64,000 nt of DNA from Amoebophrya sp. A120 (lineage: Eukaryota > Protista > Dinoflagellata). The notes beneath the pieces were generated by a model that was not told the DNA's origin, searched no databases, and worked only from the letters and a program-made list of their open reading frames with translations. The stretch spans positions 8,764,882-8,828,881 of the forward strand of contig CAJINV010000004.1 of assembly GCA_905178155.1 (NCBI GenBank). The letters are read 5' to 3'. Position numbers and translations under genes: made by a program. Positions within the stretch are counted from its first letter, which is position 1, and each line of letters starts with the position of its first letter. Of the stretch, positions 12,601-23,869 are shown piece by piece.

Positions 12601-13378
12601 GTACTTGCTTAGGGACAAAAGGTTTGGACTGCATTGGCATAAATAGTAAGTACAGTTTTATCGCAAGAACCGGTCCTCTTCTCCCAGGATGCGTGCGTGC
12701 CCCTCTGGTTCTCGTCTCTTCTTGAGGTACTTACTTAGGCTAGTCGCGTTCTGTTGTGAAGAAGGAAGATGCTTCTCCAACAAAAGTCTCGTGAAGATGC
12801 GCAATCGATTCCGCTCCAGATAGATGACGCGGTGCGAGTACAACTTACTACTGCCACACCACGGTAGTTTCATCCAGGTGAAGATGATAGATGAAAATTT
12901 TCTGTTCGCCGATAGTACAGAGATCCTATCATCATGGTCAGCGACCTCCATCTATGGATGCAAGAACTCGTTTTCTTGCTCAGGGCAAGAACTTGTGGTG
13001 CTCATGGTTGTACATTCGTATGCTGGAAGAACAAACCATAACCACTTTCAAACCATTACCCTTATCGTACAGCGATAGTAGGAGTATAGTAAATGTTCGT
13101 TGTAGTACAACATACGAAGTTATAAAAAGCAAAGTGGACAACTATCGAAGTAGGTTTTTTATAACAAGAGCAAAACTGCGCTTTTCTCTTCACCCAGACA
13201 ATTTTTCAAATCGGATTGAATCGCTTGACCGGATAAAGATAATTCCCTCAAAAATAACATCTCGGTAAAAATAATAATTATCGTCCATGTTCCTGTGGCT
13301 GTGCGCCAGCGCATCGGGAATTCATTTTTGTGTGTAGAATCGACTTGAGGTGCTATTTACAACAGCAACAGAACCACG

Positions 13379-16300
13379 ATGGCAGGCGACGAAATCCTGG
13401 TCCGGTTGACCACCGGGGCCGGGCGCACCAGGCTCACGGTCCCGACTAGCACAACACTCCAGGAGCTGAAGCAAAGGATCGAAGGGGTATGTGAGTTTTT
13501 GAGTATGTAAGACCGACACAAAGATGACCGCTTGTTTTCTTTGTCATGCATCAACTGCTTCTGCTAGACAACTTCATTTCCACTCTCCTATGAAAAAAAT
13601 ACAAGGGCATATCAAGGAAAAAAATCAAAATCGAACAGCAAACCGGCGTCCCGTGGACCCAGCAGCAGCTCTGCTTCGAGGGGAACCGCCCGGTACCGAA
13701 CAACCACGGTTCGAAAATCCTGGAGCTCGGGATAAAACAGGGCACCATGCTTTTTCTCGCCAACAGCAAAAACGCGGAGATAAAGTCCACATTCACGAAC
13801 ACCCAGAATTTGTTGGCGAAACCCGCCGATTTTTACCAGCAATCCGGCGGGTCGCTGTCCGGCGGAACGGGGGCACCCGGCGGCGCGACCAGCAGTAAAG
13901 CACCGCTTTCCGCGCAGCCGACCCCCTCGGACGTGATGTCGAGCGCCAGCTCCGCGAGCCAAATGCCGCTGGCGGGGAACAGTGCGAGTAGTAGCAGCAA
14001 GAAACCGGCGGAAAGCACCGGAATTCTGGTAAACGGAAAACCGATGGAGATAGGTACAGATCGTACTTGCGTTTTGTTGCTCGTTGTAGTTTGTTTTGAA
14101 AATCATGCGGAAGTTGATGTGAATCTGTATTCTTACGGGACACAACTGCATGAGTATCTATCGTACGTTGTCCTGCGTAGAATGCAAATTTCATGTGAAA
14201 GAACTTGAACTTACTATGACTCTCAGCGAAGAAGAACGACCCAACTCACGTGTCCTTCGAAAAGTTTCTGCAGCAGAGGCGGTTCGAAACGGCGAGTCTG
14301 CCTGGGATGCAAACCTACAAGCCGGTGAAGATAGAACGAGGGAAGCAAAACAAGTTGCCGCCGCCAGTTACGTATCAAATGGAAAAATGTCTGGGTCTGG
14401 AAGATTCTGAGACTTGTCATGCATGTTTTGCATGGGCCGCAATGTCTGCGATGCACGCCCTAGCATCACAGATTTTTTGAGGGATATTCCGCGATGCCTA
14501 TTCCGCATGACAAATGCCCTCTCCGCGTACCAAAAATTGCATTCGCTTTGCTGCTCATGCAATACAGATTTTTTTGGAATCCAAATTCAGCATCACAAGT
14601 TGCATTCTTCCAGACCCAGACATTTTTACATTTGATATCACGCTAGGCCATCAGAAGTTCCGACACGTGGATTATTTGGAGTACAGTTCGTGCGTTTATT
14701 TCTGGAGAGTATTGTCAGACAAAATTCAAATTTAAACTACTACATCAAGCCGAATTTGTAGTTTTCAATTTCATGCATCTTGTCATGCGTTGATCTCATT
14801 CGAATAAAAGTAAAACAGGTATATGAACGCCAGCGCAATACAAAACTTCGTGGGGTACTGGCAGAGCAGAGACATGATGGAGCAGCGGGGAGGCTATCTG
14901 TACGGGTACTACAGGGAAGACAAACATGTGGAGAAAGGCGTCCGGGCGGTGATGGAAGGTATTCGTTATCGTTTGTCTTGCAAAATTCCCATGACACGCA
15001 TAATCTGGTAACCCGTATGCGACCTTGTGATGCATGGTCGGGAATAGATGTCCTTGAGTTTGTCATGCATAAATGATCTAATCTAATCAAAAGAAAAACC
15101 ACAACAGCAATATACGAGCCCGTGCAGCCGCAATCTGACTTTGTGCAGTTTTCGAAAATACCCGACGCCGGCAGTGACCTCGCAGACAAGATCGCGAATC
15201 GGCTCGGTACTAGGGCTTTCTACTTTTTGTGCCATGCATAAGATTAGATTGACTGCTCTTCTACTGGTCGGAGCACTTTTCATTCGCTAGCTGGTGCAAT
15301 CGCATTCTCACGCATGCCTGCCGCAACACAGATGTGGCTTGTCATGCACGCTACACGTACACACAAATCAGGTCTCGAAAAAATCGGCTGGATCTACACC
15401 GGTTTGCCACGGGACGAGTTGCTAAACGCCCAGGAGGTGCTGGAAATCGCTCACATGCAGCAAAGGTACTTACTACTTTATGAGGCAGGATAGGGATTTG
15501 TTTCATCCAAAATTTGTGATGCAAAGAGTGCTGTAACCAGCACCAGTTCTACTTCTTGATTGTTGTCATGCCAAAATCCCCTCTCAACAAAACCACCACT
15601 GTCAGGTATAAAAGCAAAAAGCACTATTCCGGCTACGAACTCTCCACCTTCGTTACCTGCACCGTCCGCCCCGACGTGGAGAACGGTGGGCAGCCGGACA
15701 CGAAGGTGTTCATGTGCAGCGACCAGTGCTCTGCCATGCTGCGCGACGGCTGTTTGGACGAGAACAATTTGGATCCGAAAAACATGAAAATCAAGCCCCC
15801 ACCAGAACCGGGCATCATCATGCCGGCGGTGTTGCAGTCCGGGAAGGACGCGGGGAACTTCGACCCGGACTGGTTCATCATCCGCGTGAACGACGGCCAG
15901 CCCACGGCGAGGAAGAAGAAATCCATCTTTTCCCAGTCTCTCTTCCCCTTCGCGAATCGACCCGGGAAGCCGCGTATCACACAGAAAAAAGCTGGCAGGG
16001 CGTATTTGTAATGCAAAGATAAATACACAAAAAAAGCTGCATTGCATAACCGAAACAGCATACTATGGGGCCACCCATGACAAATCTTTCTGTGTATTTA
16101 TTTTTGCATTACAAATAATATGCCCTGCCAGCTTTTTTCTCTGGGATACCGCGGCCCAGCCGGCAGGATTTCCGGAACTACATGCAGCAGGCGGCGCCCG
16201 GGGGCCCGAGTTATGACAATGAAAAATGCCCCCACCCCCGAACTTGAAAGCATTTGTATTGCAAACCTTTCCAAATGAAACATTCGCCCTCTTGCATGCA

Positions 16301-16664
16301 TCAGCATCACAGATTTCCGATCGTGAAGAGCAAAAATTTGTATCGCAAAAGATCCCAGCAAGAGCGGTGCTTGTCATGCAAGCGATGCGAAACACAACTA
16401 GAATTCGCATCAGAAAGATTCGTACTCCTTTCATGCATGACAAAAAGTTTTCATTTGGAAACTTCGCATCACAAATTTTTGCAACTTTGGGAGTGGGGGG
16501 GCACTTTTCACTGTAATACGAGTTGGGCCAAGTTCGCGGACTTTCACGCGCTGATCTGGCTCGCACAGGAGTTCGACATCGATACGGTGTTCACGATCTG
16601 CGACTCGGTGCGGGAAAGGAAGGACGTACTGCCGGGAATCATGGAAATGGTGGGCGCGCTGTAA
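13379..16664 (+). CDS. NPL4: Nuclear protein localization 4 homolog (Cdc48/p97-Ufd1 cofactor)
   Basis: Spliced protein has an N-terminal UBL-like domain and the NPL4 motifs VTLGHQKFRHVDYLEY, QRGGYLYGYY..GVRAVMEAIYEPVQ, LGLEKIGWIYT, STFVTC, SDQCSAMLRDG, FPFANR and ADFHALIWL. GT-AG introns: 13487-13638, 14054-14226, 14681-14818, 14959-15107, 15207-15371, 15466-15605. TIR introns at 14373, 15975 and 16212. Confidence 0.93.
14373..14637. mobile_element. Introner family A
   Basis: 31-bp TIR; direct repeat ttacg/tcacg. Removal restores conserved NPL4 PPVT-LGHQKFRHVD. Close paralog of 4700-4961. Confidence 0.94.
15975..16148. mobile_element. Introner family E (mostly fold-back)
   Basis: ~60-bp TIR tatcacacagaaaaaagctggcagggc...; perfect direct repeat ccgcg. 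Removal gives KPR-PSRQDFRNYM. Confidence 0.92.
16212..16518. mobile_element. Introner family F
   Basis: TIR tatgacaatgaaaaatgccccc / ggggggcacttttcactgtaata; perfect direct repeat cgagt. Removal gives GPS-WAKFADFH. Confidence 0.92.
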
Positions 16665-17612
16665 GGAAGTACTTACTTCTTGCGGGATGAAAGACTACGT
16701 GCAGTTACCACACACAACTACCTGGTGTCGTTGTTCTTCCTCTGGGCGGCCTGTTGGGGAACGGCCGTGGTTTGTTGTTGTCCCAGTGGTTTGCGTACCA
16801 CCCCAAAAGCGACGAAGTAGACTTTTTGAAAGCGACTTTTTCAGAATACGACGACTTTTGATACTTACTTATTACTCACGAGCGGTTATTTGAATGGCAA
16901 TGGGCAAATGCCGTTATTTTTGCCAGAAATCTCGAGTCCTGGAGATTTCGCACCCTGGAGATTTAGTACAACATAGTATTTTCCCAATCAAGAATCATGA
17001 CCTGAATGAAGGACGTTAAACCGAATCATGACCCCGCTGAATTGTTGTTTTAAAAACTGAATTTATCTGTTGTTGATACAACACAAGATTCGAATAAGCT
17101 AAAGCACAAGCAAAAAAAAAACGAGGACTCTTCGCTTCGAGCCTCTACGATAATTCGTCGTCTCACGACAGCAGCAGGCAGCAGTGTGCTGTTGACCCGA
17201 GCATGGTGCAAAGGAGCCCATCAAGAATCAAGCAAAAGATGTTCTACTAAACATTTAGAAAGCCACTGACTAGCTCATCTCAACGTGAAACTAATATTGC
17301 CTCTCCACCATCCTGTTTTCATATCCGCAACCTTCATTGCAGGCCGACAAACAACATTTTTTCAGCGCATCAACTTAAATAAGTCTTTAGGCTGTAAATA
17401 CCACTGTCGTGCAGATAGAGCTTTGTAATTCCGGATGAAGTACTAGTAGATCCTACGGTAGGCACAAGCCAGGTTTCGAATGGCAATGAGTCAAGATGAG
17501 GCTGATCTTGTCGTACTACAACTAGAGTGAGTTCGATTGTTCCCGACCGCCAGCCTGTGGTACTACTGGTGAGGACATAGTTCAGGAATTATATAGTTGA
17601 AATTCTTTAAAA

Positions 17613-20600
17613 ATGGACGAAGAATACGACGTAATCGTGTGCGGCACCGGTTTGAAAGAGTGCATCCTCTCCGGGTTGCTCTCCGTTTCGGGAAAGAAGG
17701 TGCTCCACGTGGACCGAAACAACTACTATGGCGGGGACTGCGCCTCGCTGAACATAACAAACTTGTGGGCTAAATTCAAAAATGGGGACAAACCACCACC
17801 AGAACTGGGTAAGTGATTAGAAGTACATGTTTCGCTTTTGAAGTTCTGCATTATGTAGCAACAGAAGTGGAAATTATTTTTTCTCTCGCATCTTATTTCT
17901 TCTCTATCTCTACTTGCAAGAAGAGAATCCAATCCATTCATCTTCTATCAGGTCCCAACCGCGACTGGAACGTGGACCTGGTCCCAAAATTCGTCATGGC
18001 AAATGGGCTCTTGGTGAAGATGCTTTTGCACACCGGCGTGACTCGGTATCTCGAGTGGAAATCGGTGGATGGCACCTACGTCTACCAGTACCAGGAAGCG
18101 GGGTTCTTCAGCAGCGAAAAGTTCATCCACAAAGTGCCGGCCAACGACAAGGAAGCGCTAAGTAGCGCTCTGATGTCCCTACTGGAAAAAAACCGCTTCA
18201 AGAACTTCTTCCAGTTCATCATGGGTATTGAAGATTTCTTTGGTTTTGCAAGTGCTGATGCAATAATTGTAGGGGCATGACAAAATGGCAATGCTCGTGC
18301 CGTGTGCTTTATTTTTTCGCATGATAAAAAATCATTTATTTTTTTTTTTTTCCCAAACAGCATGGGACGACGCAAATCCGAAAACATTTGACGGCGTCGA
18401 TCCGAACAGACACAGCATGCAGCAAGTCTACGACAAATTCGGTCTGCAGCCGTTGACAATCGACTTTTTGGGACATTGCGTAGCGCTCTACCCAGACGAC
18501 AACTACCTGCGCTGCGCCTGCGGGCCGACAATAAATAAGATGAAGCTGTATTGCAGCTGCTGTTTACCTGCTTCTATTTGCTTGGTCTGTTGCGAGGTTA
18601 TGCATGACAGGCTACCAGGTTGAATTTGAACCTCCACCAGTGTATTTCAAATTTTAGTACTCCACCGAACTGCCACTATCAGGTACATGGAATCAATCGC
18701 ACGGTACGGCAACTCTCCATTTATCTACCCAATATACGGCCTCGGTGGGCTTCCAGAAGGGTTCTCAAGGCTTTCCGCGATTCACGGTGGGACTTACATG
18801 CTGAATAAGCCAGTAGACGGGTTCGAATATGACGAAAATGGTATGAGTCTTCATCTTTTTGCAATACAGATTTTGGAATGCTCAGAGTACGACCACATCA
18901 TATCGTAATGCATTACAACTGTCGTTGTAGAACGTTCGTATTTGTCATGCGCAAGAACATGATCATGTTTGCGTGACGAAGGCGAGGCATATAATATGAC
19001 GCGAACAAAATGAAAATCCTCAGGCAAAGTGTGCGGCGTGCGATCAGGGTCCGAAGTAGCGAAGGCAAAGATGGTCATCTGCGACCCCAGTTACGCCCCA
19101 GAAGCAAAGAGGAGGCCTGTGGGGCAAGTCATCCGGGCGATCTGCATTTTAGGCGCGCCAATCCCTAACACAAGCGACGTGAACTCAGTACTGGATTATT
19201 TGTTGACGATTTTTAGCTGATTTCCATTTCGAGCATGACAAAACTTTTCCCTCTTCTACCTCCCGCATGAGAAAGATAAAAACTGCACAACTTAAAAATA
19301 TCAGGTCCAAATCATTTTGACCGCGAGCCAGATGAAAAGGAAAAACGACATTTACATCATGATGGTCTCGAATTCACATATGGTGGCCGCAAAGAACAAA
19401 TACATCGCGATCGTGTCAACCACGGTGGAAACGCAGAGGCCCGAGGAAGAAATCAAGCCTATCAAATGCAAAAAAGACTGGGTCTGGAAGATTGCGAGAT
19501 TTGTCATGCTTGTCTGGCATGACCAAAAAGTTTGTGATGCGTGTCCAAGAAGAGACCCTTTTGCCTGTCATGCAAAAACGCAGTTTGTCATGCGAAAAAC
19601 GCAGCACAAAGAAGCGCAGATATTTCTCATGCTTGGCTGCGCATTACAGAGCATTCAATATTCCCAACGCAGCATTACAAGTTTCCAGACCCAGACATTT
19701 TTGCATTTGATAAAGCCGGCCCTGAGACTACTCGGGCCGATCGAGCATATCATGTGCACGGTATGGAAGTTTTTGGAAATTCTAGGTTTGGATTGAAAAA
19801 AAAAAAAAATGATTATTTCTTTGTTGAGTTTTGCATGAAATCAAGATCAAACTGGTTTGTGGTTGAACTCGGATTTTTGTCTGCTGCACATGCCAAGTGA
19901 TGACACCAAAAGTTCTCGTCCACACAACAATTCACAAAAAAACCCGACCAAAAGGTCTCCACACTCTACGCACCAACCGACAAGGGGGAAGACAACGTTT
20001 TCGTAACCTCCAGCTACGATGCCACCAGCCACTTCGAGTCCGCATCTATTGACGTGATGCAGATGTTATGCATTGCGAATATGTCTGGGTCTGGAAAGGT
20101 TGAACCTGTAGTGTCATTTTGCGTCTCGCATATCTGAAAATAGATCTGTATTGCATGAGCAGCAAGAAAAAATGCGCCACGACATTTTCGTCATGCAAAG
20201 TCACAGTCTGTAATGCGCACAAGCACAACGCATGAGAAAGCGTTTCAAAATAAAGTTGTTACCCTTGTTCACTACTATTAGAGGCGGATTCAATCACATC
20301 CATGCAGCATTACAGGTTTCCAGAGGACCAAGACATCTTTGCATTTGATAGCTGTGGTATGGAGAGAAAAAAGTTTATCATAGTCACTAATTTGCAGGGT
20401 TTGCATTACAAACTTTCTTAGCATCATAAATTTTCCTTGTATTGCAGAAACACTAGGGAAATCCCTAATAAAGTTTGGCTGTGATGCATTTTTACGCATG
20501 ACAAACAGTTTTGTATTGCAAAAATGCGCATCAGTGATCGTGACGAACTTTTTTTGTTTGATATGTGGAAGAAGATGTTCGGCGAGGAGCTGGTTTTGAC

Positions 20601-20916
20601 GGTTCACATATCCTGAGTAAAAACGTACCCACACCAGAGTTGTAATGCAAATCTGCATGCTGAAAATGTTTCTCATGCGGAGCCTCATGAGAAGCATTCT
20701 CTAGTCGTGTCTTGCAATTTGTCATGCTCCAATCAGCATGGTATGCTAGATCTGTGATGCTGCTGAGCTAGCTCAAACAGCACTACACTACGAATCCAAA
20801 TTTGTCATGCAAAACAGCCAAAACTTGTGGATTTGTCTAGCCGATTTCCCATCTTGACTATGGTGTGGGTACGTTTTTACTCAGGATATCACAAAGACGC
20901 GGAAGCGGACATGTGA
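17613..20916 (+). CDS. GDI: Rab GDP dissociation inhibitor
   Basis: [85 protein letters not shown] and [14 protein letters not shown] introns: 17809-17951, 18225-18360, 18548-18682, 18841-19023, 19188-19304, 19761-19954. Four TIR introns (19460, 20067, 20358, 20609). Reconstructed C-terminus [26 protein letters not shown]. Confidence 0.97.
19460..19712. mobile_element. Introner family A, subfamily 2 (opposite orientation to the 8070 copy)
   Basis: 31-bp TIR; perfect direct repeat aagcc. Removal restores [19 protein letters not shown]. Confidence 0.95.
20067..20350. mobile_element. Introner family A, subfamily 3
   Basis: TIR tatgcattgcgaatatgtctgggtctggaaa / tttccagaggaccaagacatctttgcatttgata; direct repeat gatgt/gctgt. 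Confidence 0.88.
20358..20563. mobile_element. Introner family G
   Basis: Imperfect TIR tatggagagaaaaaagtttatcatagtcact / agtgatcgtgacgaactttttttgtttgata; perfect direct repeat tgtgg. Only 7 nt separate it from the previous element. Confidence 0.85.
20609..20888. mobile_element. Introner family B (young copy)
   Basis: Perfect 28-bp TIR tatcctgagtaaaaacgtacccacacca; perfect direct repeat tcaca. Removal gives VH-KDAEADM*. Confidence 0.95.
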
Positions 20917-22033
20917 TGATAAGTATCTCTCTTTCACACGGTAATATTCTGCTGACCCAGGGTAGATGATAAATTTTTGAATTAAAGAGTTTATTCCCGC
21001 ACCTAGTCCCGGAAGTTGGTGTCTAATGTGCGGGTTGACCAAACTTCTGCTACACACAGTTTATATGTAAAACAGTTTTCACTCACACAAATTTTCCGTA
21101 TCATTTAACTCGCTCTGACATCGTGTTGTAGTAGAGAAGGTGGAGTCAGTTTTATTCCTGCTACTCTCACCGCGTTGCAAGAGCCGGGCGAATGGACACA
21201 GCTGTTGTCCGACTTAATTTGTCCGTCAATTAGTAGGCTCAGCTCAACAGTCTGTGGCTGACAAAGGAAGAAATCGAAAATCGATATCCGAAAGTCAACG
21301 TTGACACGAAACAGTCACAACAGGACAAATTAATTAGTCCTGCGGCAGCGGACAACGGATGGAAATAGAAGTGAGTACTTCAAATTTAGTATCTCCACCT
21401 TCGCGTGGCATTGATTTTCTTCCGGTTCTGTTCGCGCGGGGGGGAAGATTGATCAACATCGCCTGTAGGTGATTATTACGATCATGCTGACAGGAAATTG
21501 TAGTTCGAGAGCACTTTGGAAGGAAAATGAACTTCTATGTCGTGCGACATTTTTGGTCACTTTTTGCCATCGTTTCATCTATCCTCGATGTACTAGCGTT
21601 AATTCAGAGTAGGAAAGAACGTCGGTCTAACTACGATCCTGTCACCAACATAGTCTGGTCGCTCGACTTGGATTTGGATGTGCCCGCAGACGTGCTCGCG
21701 CTCTTCTTCATTTTTCGCAGTCACTAACATTTCATTCTTGATGTGCCCATACTAGTTTCGCTTGTCTATTTTACATCCTACTCCCTTGAAGTCTAGATCC
21801 TCTTGGACGGCGGTAGTCAGAGTCACTTTCACGGTGTGGTTGTAGGAAGGACGAAATTTACACTGGTCTCAAACCCCATACAGCCCCACCGCATTACATT
21901 GTTCTGATATAGAGTTGTTACAACTGAATCAACATCTTACAACCGACCCTACACCATGCGCCATACGACTACACAGGACTGTGAAGAATAACCCTGCCTG
22001 TGCGTAAAGAGCCGTGGCGGAACAGCTACTACC

Positions 22034-23611
22034 ATGGGCAAAAAGGGTCGGTGGGGTACCAAGAAGGACGCCACTACGTCAGAAGCGGACCCAACGGGTG
22101 CCAGCCACGATGCGGGCCTCGACTTATTAGCGAAGCAAGGATCTTCAGCGGCTGCGTCCACGTCCGCCACCAGCCCCGACGGTAACAAGAACGCAGCACT
22201 CGCCCACCTTGAGTCGGGTATTTTACGTGGCCAGAAGGATGCGAGCTCCACGTTCCGGCAGAAGCGGTCGGAATTCGACCAGTTTAACACGACGGTGGGG
22301 ACGGTTTCAAACTCCGCGCAATCCACCTTGGAGGAAAACCTGAAGCGGTTTCTAGCCCTTGTTTCCGACCAGGACGAACATTGTTTCTGCCTCCCGGAGG
22401 GGTTCTGCGCGCGGACCGATCTTTCCACGTTCGAGCAACTGTTTCAGGAGTTCGAATTTTTGCCGACCTGGAGCGCGAACGGGTTTCGGCTGCGGCGGGA
22501 CGTGATCGATGTTGGTATGTTCAACTACCGAGTTGATGGTTCATCTTCTGACACCACCAGCGGTGTAGTTGTTGCAGCTAGTCGTGGAAATAACGGCCCC
22601 CCAACGAAAAAGCGGTTCCGACCCTACAACGTCGCTGAGAGCGAGCAGGTGCCGGATGGTGCTTTTGTTTCTTCAGAACCACGAAGACCAGGGGGAGGAT
22701 CAGGAACCCCAAATTGTATCCGGAACGCCGTCTGGGAAAACTGCCCGACGTATCGGAAGCTGATTCAGTTTCTCGTAAAGAAGTTCGAGATTCAGGGGCC
22801 GGTGCGCTCGGTGATAAACTTTTACCAGGGAAACAACAACCGCCTGGGCTTTCACAAGGACAGCTACTACGGCAACGTGAATTTTACGGTCGGCGTCTCT
22901 CTCGGGGCGACGAGGAATCTGGAGTTCATAACGAATGAAGAGTACTTTCACACACTTTGAGAGAACTACGGAATACATTTTTGCTACAGAGTTTCGAGAT
23001 TTTTTGTACCGCTTGTTTCATCCTAGGTTGTCGTATTGGACAAATTGATGGTCGTTCAAGAGGAGGCATGATGTGGGCTTCTTCTTCTATCCCAATTGCC
23101 ATTTTTGCAAATTACGCTGCTGCTCTCGCAGTCACAGGCAGCACTAGTTATACAAATCAACATGATTGACAGGTACCAGCGACAGCAGGCGCAGGGCGGC
23201 GGGGGCAACATGCAGGGCGGCCTGTTTTCCTTCCCGCAGGGGAACGGGGACATCTTCGCATTTTCCGAGTACGTAAACAACCATTACCGCCACGGCGTGC
23301 CCAACGACGCTCAGAAGCAGTTCGGCGGACGAATCTCCGTGGTGGTTTGGGGCCACCGGGAAACCAAATTCGCAAAGGTGGGTGCCGAGTCGTCGCGAAA
23401 ACGAGTGCAGCCTCGTGACGGAATGTCGACCAGGTCGAGCAGTAATCGGGACGAAGTCGTCGCTCCTTCGAAGAGTTATTACCCCTACGAGGGCGACTTC
23501 GTAGTGGATTTCGCCGGGGAAGAAGGAGAGAGGATAGTGTACGATGATGCGGCACTTCTGGTAGATGGTACTAGTAATCGTGATCTTGTTTCCAAAGGAA
23601 GAATAAGATGA
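22034..23611 (+). CDS. AlkB-like 2OG-Fe(II) dioxygenase
   Basis: VINFYQG..LGFHKD (HxD), VGVSLGATRNLEF, NGDIFAF..HYRHGVP (distal His) and GRISVVVW (2OG-binding Arg). One GT-AG intron, 22942-23172. Confidence 0.85.
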
Positions 23612-23869
23612 TGGCGCGGACGAGGGAACATAATTTGTACTAGCATGACACTGTCACTTTTTTGTGGGCATGATTTCTACCATTGTTCGAAGAGAATAAA
23701 AAAGTTCGAACAAGAACTGCTGCCTGAAAACGGGCACCCACAACTATTGTGCGAACTTACGCAGCCCTGCATTAGTATGAAGCAAAGGCTGCTTGTTCTT
23801 CTTTCCCGCACAATTCTTGCAATGTGAGCGTTTGATTCCTGTTGACAGCGGAGTGCCGTGGTTTAAATG

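Noticed and set aside
3789-20888. Rule that introner lengths are multiples of three
   Set aside because: True for several (270, 267, 264, 258, 285, 312 nt) but not for others (266, 155, 241, 179, 284, 289, 211 nt).
13379-20916. NPL4 and GDI as transposon-disrupted pseudogenes
   Set aside because: Reconstructed exons are stop-free and keep conserved motifs across 3-4 insertions each, including diverged (old) insertions.
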